Below, piece by piece: positions 39,639 through 51,114 of a stretch of 64,000 nucleotides of DNA. Both the position numbers and the translations under genes were made by a program. The stretch lies in contig JAQFVV010000001.1 in assembly GCA_028023455.1 (NCBI GenBank), positions 13,764,001-13,828,000 of the forward strand, given 5' to 3'. The notes below the pieces were generated by a model. That model had not been told where the DNA came from and ran no database searches. It saw only the letters and a list, made by a program, of their open reading frames with translations. The stretch comes from Epiperipatus broadwayi (taxonomy: Eukaryota > Animalia > Onychophora). The number at the start of each line of letters is the position of its first letter. Within the stretch, counting starts at the first letter, position 1.

Positions 39639-41434
39639 GTATTGATTTAATGAGTACTTTTTTTTTTTTTACTTTTTACTTTACATGTTTCTTAGCTTTT
39701 TGGATTTTAGAGATGATTATTTTGTTGAGAAAACTTAATGCATTCTAAAATTTGATGTGATAATAATAATATATTAAGAGACTTTAATGGTAATGTACAA
39801 GTAGAATTTTATATATTAAGAAATGTCATGTAAATCATTTGTAATGCATAAACTATGCAGCTTTTTGGTTTAATCTGAGACAACAGTTATTGATTTTAAT
39901 TCACTAAAAGCAGGAATTATTTCAAATAATTAATGAGTGATATTGATACTAAAACTTTTTTAACTAATATATTTTACTAATTAATATTAGTAGCAACAGC
40001 CATTTTGCAGTTCAAGTTAGTCATCTATTAATTTTTTGGAAAGTGAGCAAGAACTTTTTAAAATTAAGATCCTAACATGAATCTTTTATTACATCCTTCA
40101 AATCATTCCTCAATACAAATCCTAAAATAGTATTGTGCATATTTTGTAGAATAGAAAAGTTTAAATCTTGCTTCTTGTATTCAATGATCTAGATGTATTG
40201 TATTGTATGGTATCAATACTGATGGGAAAGTGAATATGACTGTCAGTGTTTAAATAGACTTTTATATATATGCCTTCCAATTACACATAATCTAGTTCTG
40301 AAAGATGATTATATGGAGGATATTGTTATTCTAATATGCTTTTTAAAGATTTCACTTAATGTTTATAAGGAAATGCTAATGAAGCATAACACAAAAAAAA
40401 AAAAACAAGAACAAACCCTGTAGTATGATTACTTAATTAATCATTACAGTGTTCAATAATGTAAATCAAATAAGATTGTTGAACTATTTCTTGATAAAAA
40501 AAGATTCCAAGCTTAAGTTTGGTATGTGAATCATTTTTTAAAATAAAATAAATGTAATTTTTTTTGGAAGTATTTAATTGAAGCATAGACTTTTTGAAAG
40601 TCATAAAAAAATCAAATAAGTAAGAGCTAAATATTTTATTTACTATGATAATGTTTTGTGATCTCGAATTATATAGCCTATATTTAAAGAAAAAAATTTT
40701 TTTTTCTAATGTTATGTCATAAAGCTAATAGTGGACAAATGATTGCATGTGTGTATGCAAATTTCTGAAGCTGAATATATGCATGTATTGAAAGAATGAA
40801 AGTAATGAATTGTAGCAGAATTTTTTATATTCTGAAATAGATACTTTCAGAAAATTGGAGGAATTTTGTACAATTTTGCTGGTTAACTCCATAGTTGCTA
40901 ATTATGTCTTTCATGTGGAAGATGATAAATCAGCTGTGTCCATTCATTTTACAAATTAACAACAGTTTCACATCGTTGACTGTTGTTTCTTTATAATTAT
41001 TGAACATATTGTTCAATAGTGACTGTTATTTCAAAAAAAAATTGATATTGACTAGCTCGCAACTTATTTATAAAATATGACAAAAGACCACTTGAATGGA
41101 ATATTTAACATAATCATGAAGAGGGTTTTACTGTTTCTTATGATGTTTTATCAATATAAAGTATTTCTTTAATTCATAGTCTGTTAATTGCTGCCAGACT
41201 TGTATGGCATTTGTTGTTGAGGACATGAGGAATCTGCAAGTGATATTTTTTAATTAGATGCTAACTATTTTTTCATTAGTTGTAATCTCCATAATGATCA
41301 TTCCATCATTAATGATGATATTTTTGCTTTTTATATACTTCAATTATATTTGAGACTTGCTCAATGATTCAGAGTAAATAAATAACTGTCCGAGAAGGTT
41401 TAGTTAAGTACAAACTTTGTAGCAGTAGATAGAA

Positions 41435-41991
41435 ATATTTGAAATAAAGGCACTCTTCATCATATACCTGGAGCTTAATTGTAAATATAGGGGATTTGAA
41501 CTCAGACTTTCAAGCACCTTTCAACTATCCACATTATCTTATACCACTGATACACATGACCATGCACATGTAGAAAAGATAAATAATCACCAATATATGT
41601 ATTTCGTGCTGAACCAATACTTACCAGTTCGTCAGATTATCAACACTCACACACATATATATATATAATCAGTGCTCAGTTTATATTATGATAGGAAATC
41701 TTCATACTTTAATAGGCAGGCTTCAATCTGCTCCAACTCTTCAGTCATCCATACCATTGAAAATCTGATGACGGAAAGCCCAAATCCCATGCTGATGCCA
41801 CTGATTATATATATATATATGTGATAGAGTTGATAATCTGGACCAAACTGATGACTACTGTTTCAGCACGAAATATGTATATTGGTAATTATTTATCTTT
41901 TCTACATGTGTGTGGTCATAATAATCAGTGGTATGAGATAGTGTGGATAGTTGAAAAGTGCTTGAAAGTCTGAATTTAAATCTCCTATATT
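41435..41991 (-). mobile_element. Family B HHR-bearing element, copy 2, with inverted 5' arm and 15-bp TSD
   Basis: TSD TAGCAGTAGATAGAA at 41420-41434 and 41992-42006. Inverted arms 41482-41674 and 41799-41993. Hammerhead motifs at 41583-41640 (-) and 41833-41892 (+; CTGATGA 41848-41854, GAAA 41870-41873). Confidence 0.85.
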
Positions 41992-44900
41992 TAGCAGTAG
42001 ATAGAAGAAATCAAGTTAATAACATAATATTTAATGAAAATGAGGATTATAACATAATCATCTATAAATTCTCAGCCTATGGTAGAGTCCAAATCTATGC
42101 TTTGGATCTGATATTTGTATCATTATCTTGAGACCTGTAAAGGCTTTGTTATAAAAATGTATATTCAGCTATCAATATAATATTAACTACTTAATGTTTT
42201 TTTCCAATTAACTTTTCCCATCATTATACAATAATTAATTCCTTCATTATCAAAATTGATGCTTTTTTTAGATCCAGTATGCCATAACAATTATACTCTG
42301 AATAATTATTGTCCCCAAGTGCACACAAAAAAGTAAAGTAGGAAGTCAATTAAATAGAATGTAGATTGTTTTACACAACAGATTTAAATGTATATGGAAT
42401 AAATACTATTTTTAAAATTTCAAAACTTTTATTCTAAAGAAAATCTTTTAAATGTGACTTTTATAGAAACAAAACTATACTCTATTTCAAATTATAAATT
42501 TATCCAAACTTAAAATATTTCAGTCTTCAAACACTCATCTTATTTCTAATTAAGTCTTACTATTTTAGTTTGAATAAAATAACTTTGTTGATAATATAAA
42601 TATATATAGGAAATTAATAAATCAAGTCTGCTACATTGGAAAATCATTGCTCTATTGACTGTGGTAAAGGACTAGTATTATACACAAAGTATATGTATGC
42701 GTTCATGGCAGTTGTATGCATATATTTATGAGAATAGTGCTTGTAGTTATATTTTTATTGATTATTTATCTTAACTTGTATTCAAAAATAGTGAACATTT
42801 GCTAGCTTGACAGTATAAATTTTTTTAAAACTTATTAATATTTGTATTAAAAAGACTGAAATAATGCTCAATGCATTTCCAAAAAAAAAAAGGAGAAAAT
42901 AAAGATGATTAAGAATAAAAAAGTTATCAGTCACAAATACATGAGACAAATGATCAATATGGATGAAATGTCAGTGAAATTAATCATAATATTTACTTGA
43001 ATGGAATGTGTTCAGTATTAATGTATTAAAAGAAATATATATTTAAAATGAAAGATTCTTAATAAATTTGTTTTGGATACTTAAAATAGAAATATCATAT
43101 GACTGCATACTAAACAGTAAAAGATAGAGAGGTGTATATTAAAATTAAAAAGTAGAAATGTTTAAAAGTAAAAAAAAAAACAAATATAAATATTATTGAA
43201 AGAATTTTCTGGCTGACATTGAATTGCAGTGCTAGAAGATGGTCAGTTGATATTCTAATTTGAATCTGAATTTAAACTTCTAGAAAAGCTATGAATAAAA
43301 AAAACTGGATTGAATTAGGAGAGACCAATTCTGCAGTAGATTAATAATTGATGGAAAAAAACGATGATGACAATACAAACAAATCTAGTAATTTTCTTTT
43401 TATAATATTAAGTAATAAAAAATGATTCATTCCAGTTAAGAAATTAAGATATATAGTTTGTTAGGCTGTTATTCAATAATGATCTTTTATTTATATATGT
43501 TATTATAGATCACATTCCATTGAAGGAAGACTGTATAAATTGAAGAACTGTATAATATTAAACAGGACATTTTCAGATTTTGTAAAATTAGAAGAAAAAA
43601 ATGAGAGTACTGATGTGAAATGTGGACATATACTTTACTATAAAGTCATAAATATTAGAAGTGGAATGGGATTCACTTTGTCTGTTAGTGTATCAAAACA
43701 AATATAAAAAAAGATATTAAATGCAAATAATTCATATTTATAATCCTACAATTTTTTATGAAATACATAATTTTTATAGAGATCTATGGAATGGTTGAGA
43801 TTTCAGAAACAACCATTTTTTGTTATGCAAACAAAATGAAGTATCAAATAAAGAATTGTCTTAAATGAATAATGAATACAATATTTATTGATAAGAATGA
43901 ATTTATTTAAAGAACTTGAAGTAATAGCATATAAAATTGCTGTACAAAAAAAATATATATATTTCTAAGGTCTGTCTTCCTGTCTTTACATTGAAACTCA
44001 TAGCCCAATCAAGAATGAAAATTAGCTCTCAGTCAAATAATATTAATCATAATTAATAACACAAATAGACTTATGAATAAGACTGAACAATTCATAATAA
44101 TCATAACAAATAGAAAATTTTGTATTAAACAATTGCTATGATGCTAAAACTTTTGATGTAGCTCATTATATATTTTAGATTTTACTTAGGAAGTAAAACT
44201 AAATCTAAAATATGATGGCCACTTTACTAGAAGAAATATTAAGGTTGCAACTTCATTTTAATAACTTAGTTATGCATATTCATTAAATTAGTGCAGGAAT
44301 TAATGAATTATGATTGCAGTTGAATCTTTATACATTAATAAACTATATATGGTTTCATGTACATATTAATTGCATTTATATATATATATATTGTAACGGG
44401 ATGGGGTGGTAGGATGGAAGGTAAATGGAGCTTGACCATAGTCATACCTGGTATGTTGGCAAATCATCATCAGCCCCAAATCAATTTAAAATGAAATATC
44501 AATAATTTACAAAAGTATACATAAGTAAGATATATTTAAGGGGAGCATGAGATCATAAGAGATCCCTGAGAGATCAGCCTGCTATTCCACATAGCAACCA
44601 TAAGTATAATTATCCACCAGCATTATCAATAAGTAAAAATCAGTAATACTCAAAATAATAATCATTCATCATCATGAATGATCCATAATAAAATATAATA
44701 AAACCAACAGTCAATCTGGTGACTGGATCGGAAATGGGTCTTCTGTAGACCAGGCTAATTATTGAGCCTTTGCCAGCTTGGTCAATTATTTAAACATAAC
44801 TTGGATGTGCCAACTTGGGGTTCATCCATTAGAATACATAATAATCAGAAAATCTAAACAATAATGCTGAGATACAAAAACATGCTGATCATTATCAATG

Positions 44901-45413
44901 CTCGGGCCACTTGTAATGGCCAACTGTAAACTTCTAGTAAGACTAAACTCAAATTAAAGGTAGTGCATTGCTTTAAAGAATATAATCTTATGTGCCAACC
45001 AGGATTGCTGGCTGCCTCAAGAGTACTAGTATATGTCCCCATTTATATATTCATCCTGTGCTCGAATCTAGCTCAAAGAACATAAGCTCTATCACTGTTA
45101 TATGACTAAGAAATGATCATTTAATACAATTTTAACAATTAAATACAAGTTTATTAATAACAAAAAAATAAATGATATTAAGATCTGCAGAATCAGGCTT
45201 CTGATTTTGAATAGTATATAAAATTATATACACAACTAAAGTTATTATATTGATTTACAATATTTCTTAATAAGCTTCTATAAATGCATATATATATATC
45301 CGTACACAGATGTGCATTTTATGATATACAAGGAATACATTTCAATGGATATTCAATAATGACAAAAAATGATTAAATTTTACATATATGTTCTATTTTA
45401 ATTTGTTACAATA

Positions 45414-45634
45414 ATAAACATCACACGACCACCTTCTCTTATGCTTGTGTATATCTGTTGTTAAAACAAGCAAAACTCACTATATATATTCCACACACAG
45501 CAAGCTAGAGGAATCAGTGGATGCCAGAAGGCTTGTGCATAAAATCCCCATCTAGTGCCTACTCATCCAATATCCCCAGACTAGCTTGCTGTGTGTGGCA
45601 ATATATATATAGTGAGTTTTGCTTGTTTTAACAA
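45414..45634 (-). mobile_element. Family A short copy with 5' inversion and 11-bp TSD
   Basis: TSD TTGTTACAATA at 45403-45413 and 45635-45645. The minus-strand 3' end GTGTGATGTTTAT matches the end at ~6300. Confidence 0.85.
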
Positions 45635-47657
45635 TTGTTACAATATTATATTTTTCTAATTAATTCCATTTGGAAAACATACAGAAAATTTCACACATAT
45701 ACATGTGTATAAACAAAATATAGATATAATTTAAAATCAGTTATCAAATTCTATTACAGTTTTCTTTTATTCTTATAAAAGAAAAGTATAGTCAATTTTT
45801 GAGAGGTTAGAAAACTTTTATCAGGTTACCCCTTAACTAAATAAATGTCTTTAAATTTAAAAATATAGATTTAAAATGTCTATCAAATGATTTATTTAAA
45901 AGCAACTTACTTTTGTATACAAGTTTCTCTGTGCTTTTCTGCATATAGACACAGCAGTATACATATAACTACTTCTTTATTCAGCTGGTGTTTCTCTTGG
46001 GCAAGTTGGTTTTTTGGTCAATCAAGGCATTATCATCAGGTAAAAATATAATTCAGGTATGGTTGGCTTTCTCCCTTCTGCAGTTGGTTCCACTTAGACT
46101 TGGATTTGGTAAGCTTCGGGTCATCAAGCTGTTTTCCAAAACACTTCTAAAGCTATGAATTTCAACACAAAGAAGTGGGTCATTTTTCTCCTTGTGAATT
46201 CAAACTATTATTGAACTGAAGAGCAACTACTTCCTTGCATTCTTACATCCTCATGGCAGTTCTGTATATAATTCTACTAGCCATCTCTGCAGCTAGCTTT
46301 ACTGTTGCCATTGTCTGCTACTTTAGCCAGCTTTGCAGCCAGCTCTGCAGTTAGGTCTTCTGCTAACCACTTTTCAGAAAATTAAAGCCAAACTAACTGA
46401 TATTTTTTATCAGTCCTTTTTGTAATCTTGGTTGGGTCAGGTAATATAAACATAGTGACTGTTTTCAATTAACTTTAATCCTTTGGAATTTGACCAAAGG
46501 TGTGATCTATATACATGTTTTTACTTTGATACCAATTAATTAAAAGATTTCAAAAATAGACATTTTTATAATGATCAGAAAACATGCCTATTTTTAAATT
46601 TTCAAAATCAGAATAAAAATATTAATTTTTATTTATCAGACCTTTTTTTAAATATTTAATTTTATAATAAAATATTATTTTAAATTCAGAGTTATTTAAT
46701 CCATTATTTATTATTTTTATTTCAGTGAATGTAGAAAATATCTGCTACAATTTTTGTCTGTGTTTATTTCTACTTTTCTTTTACTTTATATATACATATA
46801 TATGCACACACACTACATCATTGTGTGCTATGTAACCCAATTGGTTACAATTTATTTATCTTGTAAATGAGTTCATGCATTTAATATATAATAAAGTCAT
46901 ATATGTATTTTGTATAATATTATTGATAGTATTAATGTTTGTTTTAATAAATAATAAAATTACGGTTGTATTTGTATAATAAAATAAAAGATATTATTTT
47001 GATATTTGAGCATGTAGCAAATCTTATAAGGGTACATTCAAATAACTTTATCATTATGAAATTAAAATTATTAAAATATAACAAGATCATATATGGTCAT
47101 CCCAACTGTATGAGTGTTGAGCACTTAAACTAGTTCATGTATGGTCCAGGTTAGTTTAAGATCAGACCATATTATGTGAATGCTGGATATTCCAGATGAA
47201 CAGTAGAAAATAAAGAGGTATTCCCACCCCCATGGCTTAATTAGTTTCTGGAAGTGTTGAAAGCAGAACTAGATTGTCTTTACTGGTCACCCTAAGTTTA
47301 CTAAACTATGTTATTAGTCCAACCCATCTCTTGTTATTCAATATATAGTTAATGCTATTTCAGCTTGTGATCCCCAATCTGTAAAACATTATATAGGAAT
47401 GACTGCATATGGTTGCCAGACCTAGACACAGCACATTCTATTTAGTTTGCATCATTGATCAACTTGATACAATCATATTTTTATTTATTATGAAGTTAAC
47501 AGTTGATCAGTTATGTAGAAAAGCATTAGAATGTTATGAGACATGGAAATCGTAATCAAACTGGGTTTTTTGTTTCTAAAATATTTATATCCAGCCTTAC
47601 TGACAAAATTTGTATTTATTTTTAAGAATTAAAAAGATTCTAACCTCACAATAACTT

Positions 47658-48352
47658 TAAGCATCACATGATCACATTTCCTATACTAGCACATTAATTG
47701 TTGATAAACAGAGCAAAACTCTCCATACAGTATTGCCACCTGTGCTAAACAGAGTAGTCAATGGATGCCAGAAGCCAGAAACTAGTCTGGGGATATTGGA
47801 TGAGTAGGCATTAGATAGGGATTTTATGCACAAGCCTTCTGGCATCCATTGATTACTCTGTTTAGCACAGGTGGCAATACTGTATGGAGAGTTTTGCTCT
47901 GTTTATCAACAATTAATGTGCTAGTATAGGAAATGTGATCATGTGATGCTTAATGGTTTAACACCAATCCTGCCTAATAGGATAGTGGTGGCTATGGTTG
48001 TAAAAAAGCCAAAGACACCAAAATGTATGGGTGCTGAACTGAGTTCAGACCCATATGACTATATAAGCTATTGAGCTTAGATTAAAAATATTTTTTGTGC
48101 TTTCAATTTCATTCTCATAGTTTTGTAGTTAAGTAGAGATAAAAGGTGGTTGCTAGAGGGTTGCATTAGATCCTAAGATCTAGATGCAGTGCTCTCAGAT
48201 CCAAAGCTCCTCACTGACGAAGGCCACAAGCCAGAAACTAGTCTGGGGATATTGGATGAGTAGACATTAGATAGGGATTTTATGCACAAGCCTTCTGGCA
48301 TCCATTGATTACTCTGTTTAGCACAGGTAGCAATACTGTATGGAGAGTTTTG
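47658..48352 (+). mobile_element. Family A copy: inverted 5' arm plus 456-nt monomer, 13-bp TSD
   Basis: TSD CTCACAATAACTT at 47645-47657 and 48353-48365. Inverted arms ~47658-47775 and ~47835-47952. GUC sites at 47787 and 48243. Confidence 0.88.
48199..48257 (+). ncRNA. Type I hammerhead ribozyme motif (family A), best-preserved copy
   Basis: ATCCAA-AGC-TCCTCA-CTGACGA(48214-48220)-A-GGC-CACAA-GCC-A-GAAA(48234-48237)-CTAG-TC(48243)-TGGGGA-TA-TTGGAT. Both stem I segments pair (TCCTCA/TGGGGA, ATCCAA/TTGGAT). Confidence 0.85.
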
Positions 48353-49514
48353 CTCACAATAACTTATTAGCAGAATCAAAAGATTATCAAACAATATAAA
48401 ATCAATATTATCATCTTCAATAAGCAGAAATCTCTTTTCAAATAGTATAGAAGCATAAAAATTGTTTTTTTTTTTTTTTTTACATTTGTGGACATGGTAT
48501 TATGAAGACATCAAGATATTATGATTAGAGATAGTGGAAATTGGCATTTTTAAATAAGATCTTGAAATAAAAGCAAGTTGGATTTTGGAGAATAAAGAAA
48601 TAATATTTTCTGATAATAAGAATATTGTCTAATTTTCTCATGCTGCAGACTAAATGATAACTACCATATATTACACTGTAATCTCTCTGAAGTTATACAA
48701 CGTAATTTTATCTGTAAATAAACTATAATGATAACGTTAATTTTTGTGTAGAGAAAAACACTTTTAATCTTAGTTTGAATGATATAATTCGATAATATTA
48801 GGCTTGAAGAAAAAAAATATAATTATTAAATCCATTTCTGTTTATGACTCTAGTTAAATAAAAATAATACTTTAAAGGTTTTGATATTTAGATACATAAA
48901 AATTCATAACATTATGCAATTATAAGTTCTTGGGTTTTTTTTTTTTTTTTAATTTGGAAAATATATATATACAGTGTTTTGTTTCATTCTGCAGTAATAA
49001 TTATTGAAGTAGTTTCCTTTGTTAACTCGAAAATTACTGTAATTGTATAATAATTACTTTTAAATGAAGTCATTTTTTAATTGTTTTTTTTTTTGTTTTT
49101 TTTATTATTGTAATGTTTCTTTTTATTTTATTTCATTACTTAAATTATTTTTAAACATGAGATTAAGTTTGTTCATCATCTATATATAGGATTATTATGT
49201 AAAACTTAGCCTATGTCAAAAGATGTAGTTAGTTAAAATGCATTTTAGGAGTCATTTTCAGAGTTTTGTTTTTCAATGCCTGCTGCCAGTATGTTTAAAA
49301 AATGAGTGTGTGTGTGGGGGGGGGTAATTGTTTTAAAAATATAAGATCGAAACATAAATAAAAAGAAATGGAAAGTTGGAATATAGAGAGTAGTTGCATT
49401 CATAAAAAGATATGAATATTAGAAAGAAATCAAATCGTGTGACATATGACTTGATTTCTTTGTAATTTTATTTTTCGCTATTAAAGCTGTGGTGAATTTA
49501 TATTGCTAAAGTCA

Positions 49515-49800
49515 TTAATATATGGTGTATCTGAACTTGGTTCAGTCCCATATGGCTATTTAAATTAGATAGCTGGATTGGAAGGCATATGGATGTCTGA
49601 AAATTTCAGATTTTCTACTTAATAGTTATTTATTAGATAAAGTGCTGGGCTGGTCCTGGTACTTTTAGTCTAATGCTTGAATAGCCTAGTACCTCACTGA
49701 GGAAGCCAGTAGCAGAAACCACTGAGGAAGCCAGTAGCAGAAACCGATCTGGGGTTGGGGATATTCTGCAAAGCTTGTTAAGAGCTTATTTGCGAGCCCT
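49515..49800 (+). mobile_element. Diverged family-A-related element with a duplicated hammerhead core
   Basis: Shares the ATATGG..CTGAAC-NNN-GTTCAG..CCATAT hairpin (49520-49553). HHR-like CCTCA-CTGAGGA-AGCCAGTAGCA-GAAA-CCGA-TC-TGGGG, with a 25-nt tandem duplication (49695-49719 and 49720-49744). Confidence 0.65.
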
Positions 49801-51114
49801 ATATATAACAAGATATGAATATATTTGAACTTTATCAAGTTTAAAGTCTATTTTTTGAGATTAAAGAAAGTATAATAATTTCCATCTTAATGAAGAAAGA
49901 TTAAAAATAATTTATGCATAATGAAAAGTGATTTTGATGACTAATGGCCTGCTAAAAATTATGCATCTCTAATATATAATTTGCACTTTAAGAAATATGA
50001 AGCAATAGTATATATCATTTGAATAATTGTGTAGCAAATTTAATGAAGAGACTTAATTGCTTCATATGTAGATTAGAAATTATTAATATGTTTTTTCCAA
50101 GTATATGTAGCCTCATTTGAAATGTAAAAGAGCAAACATAATTATCTCTTTATGTCATCATCATCTTTTAATAGCTTACTTACAGATAACTTTAGTAAAC
50201 TTTTTTTCCCATAATGCTAGAGCAGATTTTTTGCCCTACTTATCAGTTCTACTTACATAAGTTTTTTCCAGAAACTTACCTTTTGTTATCCTTAAGAATC
50301 CACACTATTCCACTGATTATGCTTTTTTTCTTACTATTTATTGGGAATATCTGTTCTTAAGCTTTTAATATTTTACAATAGCATCATTTAATACTATAAA
50401 ATTATTATTAAATACCAATACACTTAGACAATCTCAATAACAGTCAATTTCAAACTATTTTCATATGTTTATTTTTCAATATTTTTTAGATATTTCCTGG
50501 TTTCTTAAGTCAGGAAAGGAGTTAAAGTAAATATGAACATGTTAAAACAATTTTTTTAAATATAAAGATAGAAGCAGGATTCCTTTAAAATGTTATTAAA
50601 CTTTTCCAAACATATCGGCAAAATACCATTTATTCCTACATTCTTGGTTTCTGTTTCCAAATTAGGAATTTTGACAGATAAAGAGTAATTCAACTATAAG
50701 TATCTTATAAACTTTATAGGTGAGTATATGTTGCTGAAACATAAATACAGGATGTAAATAGGGTCATGTGATCTATCATTCTTATTTTGACAGGATGTAA
50801 ATATTTGTTTATTTTCATATATACATTCTAGAATCAGTTTCATATCACAAGCTGAAATTGAAATATAGAAAATATAACTTATCACTTAATGTTAGATTAC
50901 TTAACAGAGCTACTTACAAAACAAACATAAAATTTACTTTTTACCTGTTCTGTTTTATTCAGTGTTTATATTTGTTTCACAGGTAACCTGTTACAGTAAC
51001 AATAAGTGATACTGATAAGTTCTATTTATACATTGTGTATTTTTGTTTTTTATTTATTGAAGTCCATTTTTAAACCATAAAAGTGTTGCAAATTTCCTAT
51101 CAAATAACTTAGAG

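Noticed and set aside
39639-39748. C-terminal extension of the SLC16 ORF (IDLMSTFFFF...)
   Set aside because: Read-through into the intron after the GT donor; T-rich low complexity with no transporter similarity.
41764-41785. Plus-strand CTGATGA-NN-GAAA-GCYC (also at ~32108), resembling a second hammerhead
   Set aside because: Only 2 nt where stem II should be and no stem I pairing found; not supportable as a ribozyme.
47950-48065. Short frame in the family A monomer, and a possible NRDxGG-like Penelope ORF tail (CCTAATAGGATAGTGGTGGCTAT)
   Set aside because: It needs a frameshift in every copy and the frame is not conserved between monomers. At most a relic, not a CDS.
49695-49744. CRISPR-like direct repeats (also 23727-23806)
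   Set aside because: Only two adjacent copies, no unique spacers, no cas genes, eukaryotic context.
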